The position numbers and the translations under genes are program-made. The notes under the pieces are model-generated. The model was given only the letters and a program-made list of their open reading frames with translations. It was not told the DNA's origin and ran no database searches. From an uncultured Planctomycetaceae bacterium (GTDB lineage: Bacteria > Planctomycetota > Planctomycetia > Planctomycetales > Planctomycetaceae), in assembly GCA_963815195.1 (NCBI GenBank), contig CAWFGE010000017.1:192001-256000 (forward strand): DNA of 64,000 bases, given 5' to 3'. Shown one piece after another: positions 1 to 10,165 of this stretch. The first letter of the stretch is position 1; every line of letters starts with the position of its first letter.

Positions 1-3000
1 ATTTATTCCGCAAGGCTCCGGTTATGAAAACAGCCGCGCCGCGGCCAGGCGACTGTTGCAGTCGCTGCCGGGCGAGTGGCTCGCGCGGTGCGAGGATCAA
101 TTTGGCGATGCGGCCCGCGTGAAATTCTCCGAGGCGATTCGGAAGAGAGATTTCGCGGCGCTCGGCGAAGTGGCCGAAACCTACCCGATGACCCAAGTGG
201 GGTTCGAGGCGATCAGGCTCTCGGCGGTGTGGCATTTCGATCATGGCGAGTATCTGCCCGCCGCCGCCGCGCTTCAGACCGCGAGCGAACATCCCCGGCG
301 ACGAAACCGCAAAACCGGCGGCTTAACCTCCGCCGATGTCCGCCGCTGGATCGCGGCGTTGACTCGGCTGGGTTTATTTGCGGAAGCCGAACGCGTTGCC
401 GAGCAATACCACGCTACGGTGCCGGCCGTTCAAACCAGCCCGCGGTCCGCGGTGTCGATTCCCTCCGCGACGCCGATGTGGAAGAACAATGCGGACTTGC
501 CCGCCGCCGCGGCGAAACACCTCGAGCGGATGGAAGAGGAGCTGCGGCAGCGGGGGTTTGTGCCGCTGGCCGGAGCAACGCCTTTGATCGTGAAGGATTT
601 GGTCGTCGTCCGCCATCTCGAGGAATGGGCGGCGTATGACCGCGAGACCGGGGCCGTCCGCTGGCGGAAATCGGCCGAGACGAATACCGTCGAACTCGCG
701 GGCAATCGCAACCTGATGGCGAACCCCGGATTTCGGCAGATGATCGCCCGGCAATTGGGCACGGCGGCGTTCGCCGACCGGAGCGCGGGCACGATGACCA
801 GCGACGGTTCACGGGTCTTCGCCGTCCTGCACGATCACGCCCACGAGGGATTAACAAACGTCCCGGCTCTCCACCTCAACAGAAACTTTATGGAGGACTG
901 GAACAGCCGCCGGCTTTCCTGCTCGCAGGTGATCGCTTTGGATCTCGCGAGGGGAAGAGTACTTTGGCGGGTGCCCGAATTCCTCCCGCACCAGGATCCC
1001 GCGCTTCCGAAGATCAGCGGGCTGATCCGCGACCCGCGGCCGGACGTGTTCTACTTGGGCCCCCCGACGCCGGTGGGCGGTTCGCTGTATGTCGTCGGGC
1101 AAAAAGGTCGCGAGATTCGCCTGGATGTGCTCTCGGCCGAGACGGGCGAGACGAAGTGGTCTCTGCCCTTGGCGACGGCGGCGGCTTCGCTTTTGAAGGA
1201 CGGGATGCGGCGGCGGTTGGCTTGTCCGGTGGTCGCCCACCGCGGCTTGCTATTGTGTCCCACGGGGGCCGGTGTGCTGGCGGCGGTCGATCCCCATTCG
1301 CAAACCTGCCGCTGGATCGCCCGCTATCCGCGGGAAGACACCCCCGTCCTGTCGCCGGGAGGCTTCCCCGCGGGGAATCCCAATGTGCATGCCGGGACGG
1401 ATTCCTGGTGGAACGGCTGGCGGGATGTGAATCTCATCGTGGAAGACGATGCCGCGATTTTGTGTTCGCCGGAGTCCGAGCATCTCTTCGCGGTGTCGCT
1501 GTCGACGGGCGCTGTGCTCTGGAAACAGCCACGCGGGGACGGGTTGTTCATCGCTTCGGGGCCTGCCGGTCAACCGCTCGTCATCGGTTCGCAATCGGTG
1601 CGGGCCCTCAGCGCGAAAACCGGACGCGTTCTTTGGCAAAAGTCGATCCCGCTGCCTGCGGGACGCGGAGCGACGTTGCACGCTGATGAAGGGTCGGAAT
1701 ATCTGCTGCCGATCCAGAACGGCGGCGTGCTCAGGATTGATCCGCTTCGAAAAACTGCCCGGCCAACGTTTCCGGCCGGTTTGCCGCCGATGGGAAACCT
1801 GGCCGCGGCGGGGGAGACGATCGTCGGTCAAACGAACGACCGCGTGGTTCGCCTGGCTCCGTTGAAACCCGAATCGCCGCCACCCGATGTTGCCGCGGGG
1901 CAATTGGCGTGGGCGAAGACGCAGCGCGAAGCCGGCCGGTTTCGCGAGGCGGCGGCAATGCTGCGACAACTCGCAACGCCGACTCCGTCCGCCGGCGTCG
2001 AAGCCGAACGGCAAGAAACCTTGCTGGCGGAAGTCGCGGCCCATCCCGAACGGGCCGCCGAGATCGCCGCCGAGTTGGAACCGCTGTTGGACTCGGCGGA
2101 CGTTCGCATCCGGGCCGAACAAGCCTTGGCCGAAGCGGAAGCGCAGGCGGGGCATCCCTTGGCGGCGCTCGAGTTTTGGCTCAAGTTGTTAGAGCAAAAC
2201 CCGGCCGGCGACATGCCGCGTTCGGACGATCCATTTTTGCAGGTGACCTATTCGCGGGGGATTCAGGGAGCGATCCGCGATCTGCTCGATACCGCCCCGC
2301 CGGATGTTCGCGGGAAATTGGAATCGCGGTTAAGCGAATATCAGCAGGCGGCCCTCAATCGGCGGGATCCGTTTGCGGTCTCGCGGCTGGCGAGGCGGTT
2401 CGACCAACTCAAGTGGGGACGGGAACTCATCGTCGAGGAAGGCCAGCGCACGGGCATCGGTCAAACGGCGCTCGAACGGCAATTGGCGTTATGGGCGGTC
2501 ACGGAAGCCGCGGAACATCCGGCGCTCCAGGCGCTCGCGTATCGGCGACTCATGGAGGATCGAATCGCGGAGCTGCGGTTCTCCGAAGCCGCGTTTGCGT
2601 ATCGAGAGCTTCAAGACCGCTTTGCCGATGTCACGTTTCCCGACGGCCAAACGGTTTCCGAGTTTTTGAAGACCTTGCCTGCCGATTCGCCGGTGCGGAA
2701 AGAGTTGGAACCGGGCCATTCCCCGTGGCCCGCGTCTCCGCCGCAAATCACGCGGACGAACCGCACCGCCCGGCTGCCGGATTTTATTGCGCTTCCCGTC
2801 TCGGCCCCGGCGGGCGGCTTGTCCGCCGAATTGGATGTCTGGCTCGACTTCGAGCGCCGGCGGTTGCGATTTTCGGGCGCCGGGCAGCGCGGGGCCTGGG
2901 AATTCGCGCTTGCCGGCGGGCAGCCCCTGCTCGCGGACGTCCGCGACCTGACGCAATGTTGGGGCGCCGGGCCGGTGTTGGTTTTGCAATACGGAAGCGA

Positions 3001-4106
3001 ACTCATGGGAATCGCGCCGCTCGACGACCACGGCGAACCGCGGCCGCGCGTGTTATGGCGGCTTCCGATGTTCGAGACCGAGGGAAGCGAAATCGCCCCC
3101 TCTGCCGAACTCGCGTATCGGCAATTTCAACCTCCGCCCGGGTTTGGAATTCCCTATGGCGAGTTGCTCGATCCGTTTCGCCAAGGCATCGCCCAGGTCG
3201 GGCCCGTGTCGGCCGGAATGCTGGCCTATCAAACCGGCGGGCGAGTGACGGCCATCGACCCCGCGACCGGTCGAAAACTCTGGTCCCGCGCAACTTCCAC
3301 CCGCGGCGAAAATCAAAGGAGACGCCCAGGTCGTGCTGGTGATCTCCGAGGACAATTCGCGCGTGACCCTGCTCAGGGCTTTAGACGGCCGGCGGCTGGG
3401 CGAGCGGCGTGTGCCCTCGGCGAATCGATTGCTCGAATGGCAGGGCCGGCAGGCTTTGCTTCAGAAGGTATCGCCCGACGGGGTGGAGTTTTCGCTCTGG
3501 GATGCCCGGGCGGACCGCGTGCTTTGGGAACAAGCCGCGGCTCCGAAATCATTGGGCTTTGCGGCGGACGATCGGCGATGGGGGTTCATCACGCCGGATG
3601 GCGAGATTTCGCTCTGCGATCGAGAGACCGGACGGCCCCTCGCGACGGAACACCTCACCGACGTTCAAAACCCGAGCCAGATCTACGCCGCCGTGGACGA
3701 GTCCCGGATTTATCTGGCCGTCGCCCATGCGAAACCCCAGCCGGCAAAAGCGGAACCCTCGCCGATTTTGGACGACTTGCCCCTCCGACATCCGATCATC
3801 GCCGGCAGCTTGCTTGCGTTTGACCGCCTTGGCGGAAAGAGCCTCTGGCATTCGGCATGGGGGCATTGGGCGTTTCCGTTGTCCCAGCCCGCGACCGGTC
3901 CGGTGCTGGTGCTGTATCATCGGCAAGACGCCGGCAAGGGCCGACGGCTTTCGATGCTCCGCTGTTTGGACAAGCGCACGGGAAAGGAAATCGTTTCCGA
4001 CGAACCTCCAGAGCTTCGCGAACTGCCCCGCTGGACCGCCCATCCGGATCAAAACTGGTTCGAGGTGGACGCCTTCAAAATGACCGTGCGGATTCAGTAC
4101 GAGTGA
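1..4106 (+). CDS. Large PQQ-binding-like (BamB-type) beta-propeller / TPR protein; 5'-truncated by window edge; one frameshift near 3290
   Basis: Frame open from base 2. Repeated propeller motifs (AYDRETGAVRW, ALDLARGRVLW, AVSLSTGAVLW, AIDPATGRKLW) and TPR-like helical stretch. The propeller pattern continues in ORF 3333..4106 (CLDKRTGKEI) after a frame change at ~3290. Confidence 0.8.
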
Positions 4107-4237
4107 TCGACGATCTCGTTTGATTCTCGCCGGCAAATGCTGCGAATTTTGGCAAATTGCCCCGGCATCGGCCGGATTCCTGACCTAGAGTTGTGGATAA
4201 AACCAAAAATCTCGGAATGGGTTATTCGATGCGCAAA

Positions 4238-4351
4238 GGGTGCCACTGGCAACTTGTTGCCAGTGTTTCACGCGATAAAACGCACTGGCACCCAGCGCGG
4301 TATGGGACGGCTCATTCGACAAAAGCACTGGCAGACACGCTGCCAGCGGCA
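4238..4351. repeat. REP-like inverted repeat cluster (GTGCCACTGGC family)
   Basis: GTGCCACTGGCAACTTGTTGCCAGTG and inverted CACTGGCAGACACGCTGCCAGCGGCA; related copy at 14330..14427. Confidence 0.6.
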
Positions 4352-4404
4352 AAAAATCATCACAAACCCGGCAAGCCTTCTGACCCGACCCGCGAGGCAG
4401 CACC

Positions 4405-4854
4405 ATGAAACGATTCCAAAAACGACCCGCAAACGAGCGCCGCCGTGGAGCAGCGCTGGTGGAAATGGCCTTCGTACTCCCAGTGTTTATGTTGGTCACA
4501 TTGGGCATTATCGAGTTCGGCCGGGCCATGATGGTCGGCCAACTCGTCACCAACGCCGCCCGCGAAGGGGCCCGGCTGGGCATTATCGACGGCAACACCA
4601 ACGCCGACGTGACCGCGTCCATCCAAAGCTTTCTGCAGGAATCCGCCGGCATCCAAGCCGCGGATTTAACGATCGGCATCACCGTCACCCCGGAGACGGG
4701 CAATCCCGATCCGGGCAACGAAGTCGGCAGCGCCCTGCCCAAAGATTTGGTAACCGTGTATGTCGCCGTCCCGTTTGACAAGGTCAGCTACATTACGGGG
4801 AACTACCTCAACGGAAAAACGCTGAGCGGGCGAGTGGCGATGCGTCACGAATAG
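4405..4854 (+). CDS. tadE: TadE/TadG family pilus assembly protein (pseudopilin)
   Basis: RRGAALVEMAFVLPVFMLVTLGIIEFGR...NAAREGAR is the TadE prepilin signature. Confidence 0.9.
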   Translation: MKRFQKRPANERRRGAALVEMAFVLPVFMLVTLGIIEFGRAMMVGQLVTNAAREGARLGIIDGNTNADVTASIQSFLQESAGIQAADLTIGITVTPETGNPDPGNEVGSALPKDLVTVYVAVPFDKVSYITGNYLNGKTLSGRVAMRHE

Positions 4855-4893
4855 CCCGTTTTCACGGCCGACACCTCGCAGAATTTCCGCCCC

Positions 4894-4932
4894 CCCCGAA
4901 ACATCCAAGGATGCTTCGGGGATTCTTTTTTT
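4894..4932 (+). terminator. Probable Rho-independent terminator after tadE
   Basis: CCCCGAAACATCC-AA-GGATGCTTCGGGG hairpin followed by TTCTTTTTTT. Confidence 0.6.
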
Positions 4933-5023
4933 GCCGGGATTTGCACATAGAATACACACACATGCCTACTTTTTGAGCATGCCTCAAGGTCAATCCCCCT
5001 AAAAACTTCCGATTTCCTGCGTC

Positions 5024-5039
5024 TGGCGCAAGAACTGCA
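5024..5039 (+). promoter_or_regulatory. Putative sigma-54 (-24/-12) promoter
   Basis: TGGCGC-AAGAA-CTGCA has exact GG-N10-GC spacing and lies upstream of the sigma-54 activator gene. Confidence 0.55.
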
Positions 5040-5187
5040 CTTCTTCTTTGGCAACGATCGCTTACAATTTCAGCAAAACGATTCGATTTTGTCTAAGAAA
5101 GTGGAAGTGAGAAGAATCGAAGACGAGAAACAAGCCCGGGCTCTTCGACGTTTTCAATCTTTCACTCCATCCAGAAGTCGGCCGAGG

Positions 5188-6255
5188 ATGCAGCAGGAAA
5201 TGTCAACCGAACCGGCACCGAACGAGTTGCCGTTGATTCCAGGCATGGTGGGCCAGAGTCCCGCCATGCGCGATGTGTACCGCCTCACCCGCCAGGTGGC
5301 GGCGACCTCGGCGACGGTGCTGCTCACGGGCGAGACCGGCACCGGGAAGGAGCTGATCGCGCGGGCGATCCACGAACTCAGCCCCCGCGCGACCGGACCG
5401 TTTATCCGGGTGAACTGCGGAGCCCTCAGCGAGAGCCTTTTGGAGAGCGAACTCTTCGGGCACGTCAAAGGCGCGTTCACCAGCGCCGTCGAAAATCGCA
5501 CGGGCCGCTTCGAAGCCGCCCACACCGGCACGATTTTTCTCGATGAGATCAACTCCGTCAGCTACAAGCTCCAGGTCAAGCTGCTCCGCGTGCTTCAGGA
5601 GCACGAGTTCGAGCGGGTGGGCGACACCCGCACGATCAAAGTCGATTGCCGGATCGTCGCGGCGACCAACCGGGACCTGCTCGACGAAATCGACGCCGGC
5701 CGGTTCCGCGAGGATTTGTACTACCGGCTGAACGTGATCCCGATCAACTTGCCGCCGCTCCGCGAGCGTCCGGACGACGTTCCTGAACTGGTGCGGTTTT
5801 TTGCGCGGAACTACGCGGCATCGGCCGAGCGGCCGGCACCCCGGATTTCGGACGAGACGCTGGCGGAACTCCAGCAATACCCCTGGCCGGGGAACGTTCG
5901 CGAGCTGCAAAACTACGTCGAGCGGGCGATCGTGTTGTCCACGGATGAAAACATCGGCCTCGAACTCTTTCCGCCGCACGTCCGCGGACTGGCCCCCGTC
6001 CGCGTCGCCCGCGCCAAAGTCCGCGACCTCGATTCCCTGTGCAGCGAACTGGTGACGATGGGACTCACCGATGTGCAAACCGGCGACGGCGAACTCTACG
6101 ACCGGGTGGTGAAAATGGTCGAACGGGAACTGATCACCCAGGTGCTCCGCATGAGCCAGGGCACGCAAACGAAAGCCGCGATCAAGCTCGGCATCAACCG
6201 CAACACGCTGCACAAGAAAATCGAAGACTACGGACTCGCGTCCGAAGTCCGCTGA
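5188..6255 (+). CDS. Sigma-54-dependent Fis-family transcriptional activator lacking an N-terminal receiver/sensor domain
   Basis: Walker [22 protein letters not shown], Walker [15 protein letters not shown]-terminal HTH ([15 protein letters not shown]). Start uncertain (5188 or 5200). Confidence 0.92.
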   Translation: MQQEMSTEPAPNELPLIPGMVGQSPAMRDVYRLTRQVAATSATVLLTGETGTGKELIARAIHELSPRATGPFIRVNCGALSESLLESELFGHVKGAFTSAVENRTGRFEAAHTGTIFLDEINSVSYKLQVKLLRVLQEHEFERVGDTRTIKVDCRIVAATNRDLLDEIDAGRFREDLYYRLNVIPINLPPLRERPDDVPELVRFFARNYAASAERPAPRISDETLAELQQYPWPGNVRELQNYVERAIVLSTDENIGLELFPPHVRGLAPVRVARAKVRDLDSLCSELVTMGLTDVQTGDGELYDRVVKMVERELITQVLRMSQGTQTKAAIKLGINRNTLHKKIEDYGLASEVR

Positions 6256-6286
6256 CGCTTCGATTCGTTGACATTCCCGCGCCGCG

Positions 6287-7470
6287 TCAATCGCAGACGG
6301 CTTTTTGGGTTAGGGCGGTGCCGATTTCCGGCGCGGACGGATTTTGGGGCACCGGCAGAGCGATCTGAAACTCGGCCCCGCGCGGGGCGTCTTTCCCGAC
6401 TTCGATCGTTCCCCCGTGGGCGTCGATGATCCGCTTGACGATGGCCATGCCCAGTCCGGTGCCGCTGGTCTTCGTGGTGTAAAACGCATTGAAGACTTTG
6501 GCCTTTTGTTCTTCGCTCAGTCCCGGGCCGTTGTCGCGGACGACAATCCGCAGCATCGGCTCTGGGCCGGAGGCTTGGGAGCAGGCAATCTGGATGAGGG
6601 CCGGGTCGCGCAGGCCGCCAGCGAATTCTCGAACAGGTTGCGGAAGACCTGCTCGAGGCGGAAAGCGTCCACGTTGAGGAACAGGCCCGCATCGCCGACT
6701 TCTTCCTCCAGCAACGCGTCCCGGTCGCCCCAATGGGATTCCAGGCTGATCCAGGCGGCCCGCCAGATTTCGCGGAGATCGCACGCCGCCGCCTCCAGTT
6801 GAATCGGGCCGGCGAAGCCCCGCACATCCTCCAAGAGATGCTGCAGGCGGTTTTCGCTCTTGGTCATATAGCTGATGATTTCGAGGGCCGTTTCCCGGTC
6901 GTGGAGCACCTGCGGCAGCAGATCCAGGCCCATTTTGAGTCCGCTGAGCTCGTTCCGGGCTTCGTGGGACAGCGTGGTGATGGTCTGGCCGATGGCCGCC
7001 AGGCGTTCGAACCGCACCAATTTCCGCCGGGCCTCCTTGAGTTCGTCGCGGGTTCTCTGATGTTCGCGAATCCGGTTCACATGGGACCGCAGAACATCGG
7101 GCTCGATCGGTTTCTTGAGGAACTCCGCCGCTCCGTGGCGAAGTCCGATCATCGCCCCCTGCCAGTCGGCAAAGCCCGTCATCAGGATCACGGGCACGTC
7201 CGGGGCGGTCTCGCGGAGGAAGGGCAGCACCTCGTTCCCGCTGCCGTCGGGTAGATGGAGATCCAGAAGGATGGTCACAAACTCCGCGAGGCCGCCGCGC
7301 CGATAAACCTCCTCCGCCAAACGCAAGAATTCCACACAATAACCGTCGAGTTCCAGGATGTCTCGCAGATTGGCTTGGGCGTCGAGGTCGTCTTCCACAA
7401 TGAGCACCATCAGTCGATGAGGGCCGTCGGTCTCCATGTTTGTTCTCCCAAAATCAAGGATATTCCTCAT
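6287..7470 (-). CDS. Hybrid REC + histidine kinase; frameshift near 6610
   Basis: REC (VEDD, LLDLHLPDGSG, FLKKP), H-box LSHEARNEL, N-box NLFENS in ORF 6517..7470; G boxes (DNGPG, GTGLGM) in ORF 6287..7339. Confidence 0.88.
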
Positions 7471-8033
7471 GACAAGCCGGCCGATTCGTTTCCTTGGGGG
7501 GCGTGAGCCACGCTGGCGGGCGGGAAGTGCGGCAGGATTTGAGGAGGCCGCGACGGCGGGGCGAGGCTTTCTTCCAAGGCGGCGATCTTGGCCACCCGGC
7601 GGGCGTGGCGGCTGATGCGTTCCCCGTCTTCGTCGTCAAACGGCGTCGTCAGCCAGATCGAGAGGATCGGCTCCAGTTCCGAAGCGGACGGCCTCAGGCA
7701 AATCACATTGGCGTCGAACTGCCGGCGGGCAAACGCCGCCTCAAAGGTGGACCGCACCACCACCGACCGCACCCTCAAAAACTTGTTCGCCAAGAGGGAC
7801 AACCCCATCGTATTCGCACCGATCACAATGCCCCGCGCCGCGGCTTGAGACGACACGGCTTTGGCAACGGTGACGGCGGCCTCTTCGTCGCAGTCCGCAT
7901 CAAAACATCCGAAGTCCGCCACGGACACGGGAAATTGCACCGCGGTTAACAGTTCGATCGCTTTCTGCTTGAGGGGTTGCCCCTTCTCGTCGCAGGCGAG
8001 CGCGATCCGCTCGGTTCGACCTTGATGAATCAT
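7467..8033 (-). CDS. RpiB/LacA/LacB-fold protein with degenerate active site
   Basis: IALACD...LK, ARGIVIG...ANK..RS, DANVICL, WLTTPF, RHARRVAKIAALE align with RpiB, but the catalytic Cys/His positions are substituted. Confidence 0.8.
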   Translation of the reverse strand: MIHQGRTERIALACDEKGQPLKQKAIELLTAVQFPVSVADFGCFDADCDEEAAVTVAKAVSSQAAARGIVIGANTMGLSLLANKFLRVRSVVVRSTFEAAFARRQFDANVICLRPSASELEPILSIWLTTPFDDEDGERISRHARRVAKIAALEESLAPPSRPPQILPHFPPASVAHAPQGNESAGLS

Positions 8034-8324
8034 GGGAAGGCTCGTTTCTTTGGAAAAAGAGGAACCCGCTAACGCCGTGCACGCCTGAGTCCGCCCAACC
8101 GACATCCCCGCTGTCGATCCACCGTTCCGGAAGTTTCGGCTTTCCGTGGGGGATTCCCGTAGCCTACGGGAAGATCGACAGGTCACAACAACGTCATTCG
8201 ACGTGAGAACGGTCCGCGCGACAGGCTGTGGGATCCGCAAATCAGGACTCGGTGACGCCTCGAAAGGCGGTCGAAACCGGTCCATGAACAGAGCCGGTGC
8301 GGACAAGCAAAGGGGGCCCGCCGA

Positions 8325-8639
8325 TCAAATCAGCAGGGCACGGTGCCGGATGTAGGCCCGGCATGGTCGTTCCGCCCGGTTGTGGGAGAGACATTCGGCG
8401 GGAAATGGAGATTGCTTGGTGGGAATCGCCGGGGAATCCCAAAATGCACTCGTCAAAATCGGATGATAGCCCGACGTGACGGTTCGTTCGTCCATTTCGT
8501 CAAAGGGGAAATCCAAAAACCTGGAGTTGGCGGAATGGTTCGGGCAATCTTTCCCGGACAGTTTCATGCAGGAAACACTGGGAACACCGGGCAGCACAAT
8601 CAGCAGAAGAAGCGTTACTTGCAGCATGGATCGCATCAT
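8325..8639 (-). CDS. Small hypothetical exported protein ending ...YIRHRALLI
   Basis: GGGGAG RBS upstream of ATG; N-terminal hydrophobic stretch LQVTLLLLIVLPGV; same strand as flanking genes. Confidence 0.5.
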   Translation of the reverse strand: MMRSMLQVTLLLLIVLPGVPSVSCMKLSGKDCPNHSANSRFLDFPFDEMDERTVTSGYHPILTSAFWDSPAIPTKQSPFPAECLSHNRAERPCRAYIRHRALLI

Positions 8640-8789
8640 CGACCAAACTCCCCCATCTTCCACTCCAGGACTCTACCATTTAGCTTAGGCAACGACCCCA
8701 AGGACTTCAAGTGGAGTTTTCTTTTCCCCGCGGCCGGGCAATTGACAAAAATATCCTTGCCCGCTGTCCGAAGACGTGCGGGGCGGAAA

Positions 8790-9695
8790 CTATTCGGCCG
8801 GCGGTTCGGCGAAGGGGAGTTCCAGGGCGAACGTGGCTCCCGAAGACGCGGGCGGCGAATCCGAGCCGTCGGCCCGCTTCAGCGTGAGCGTTCCGCCGTG
8901 CTGTTCGACGATTTGCCGGCTGATGCCCAGACCCAATCCGGTTCCGCGGGGCTTGGTGGTCTCGAACACTTCGAAGATCCGCTCCGCGTCTTCGCCGGGC
9001 ACGCCCGGCCCATCGTCGGAAATTTCGATCCGGATTCCGGCGGGCGTCCGGCGAGCCGTGACCCGAATTTCGCCGGCACCGTTCATGGCTTCGGCGGCGT
9101 TTTTCAACAGATTGTCGATGACTTGCCGAAACTGCACGTGGTCCGCATACAGCGGAAAAGGGTCAGGATCGCCGACGAAAACACACGCCAGATCCTCGGG
9201 GCGGTCGCCGGCCGCGCCGCTGGCTTTGAGCCGTTCAAACGCTTCTTTAACGAACGGGCCTAAATCCAGGAAGGATTTTCGCGGCGGATGGATTTTCGTG
9301 ATGCTCAGGATGTTCTCGATGATCGTCACGCACACGCCGACTTCTTGTTGAATCAGGGCCACATGCTCGTGCGCGCGATCCTCCTCCGCGGGAAGTTTGC
9401 GGCTCACGAAAAACGCGGCATTTTTGATGGTTCCCAGCGGATTGCGGATCTCGTGGGCAATCTGGGCCGCCATTTTCCCGATGGTCGCCAGCCGCGTGGA
9501 TTGCACCAGATGGTGTTGGGTCTCTTCCAATTCCGCTTTGATCCGCTCGGTTTCGTTGAGCTCTTGTTGGAGCAGCGGCCGCCGAGCCTGGCGGAGGGAT
9601 TCGTCGGCTTCGACTTGCATCGACCGCAGCCGGCGGAGGAGTCCCAACACGAGGAGAAGCAATCCGCCATTGAGAATCCAAAGGGCGATCAACAT
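8790..9695 (-). CDS. Membrane-anchored sensor histidine kinase (NtrB-like)
   Basis: N-terminal TM helix, IAHEIRNPLG, NLLKNA, DDGPG, GTGLGL. Confidence 0.9.
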   Translation of the reverse strand: MLIALWILNGGLLLLVLGLLRRLRSMQVEADESLRQARRPLLQQELNETERIKAELEETQHHLVQSTRLATIGKMAAQIAHEIRNPLGTIKNAAFFVSRKLPAEEDRAHEHVALIQQEVGVCVTIIENILSITKIHPPRKSFLDLGPFVKEAFERLKASGAAGDRPEDLACVFVGDPDPFPLYADHVQFRQVIDNLLKNAAEAMNGAGEIRVTARRTPAGIRIEISDDGPGVPGEDAERIFEVFETTKPRGTGLGLGISRQIVEQHGGTLTLKRADGSDSPPASSGATFALELPFAEPPAE

Positions 9696-10165
9696 AGAGA
9701 GGAACGCATCGTTTCAAGAAATGAAGTTCTGAGGGAAACGGCCGTGATCCGATCAATGAAAGCTCCTTCGTCGTCGCCTCGTTTGTACAATAACGAAACA
9801 AAACCCGCGGGGCCACTTTTTTTTGGCTCTTCCGGCGAATCGGGGGGGCGGACGCTGATGATCTTTTTGTGTGATGACCAACCACGGATTTTACCTCCCG
9901 GTGGGGAGGTCGGACGCGGGAGCGGCCGGGTGGGGCTTTGCGAGCGACTCGAGAACCACGTGGGCGACGTGACGTTTCGGCTTCACTTTCGCCGAAATCC
10001 TGAGGATGTCCCCCAATTGCTGAGATCCCTGCCACTGCCGTCGGCGATTTCGCTCGCATCGGCCGGTTCAATTGCCAAGTCAGAAATCGCCTCGCATCAG
10101 ACGCTCCGCGCGTAAGAAAGATGGGCGCACCGTGCGAAGTTGTAGCGGTCCAAGACCCTCAGCCA

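Noticed and set aside
4329..4344. Sigma-54 promoter upstream of tadE (TGGCAGACACGCTGCC)
   Set aside because: GG-N10-GC spacing arises from the REP palindrome itself; -12 element is poor.
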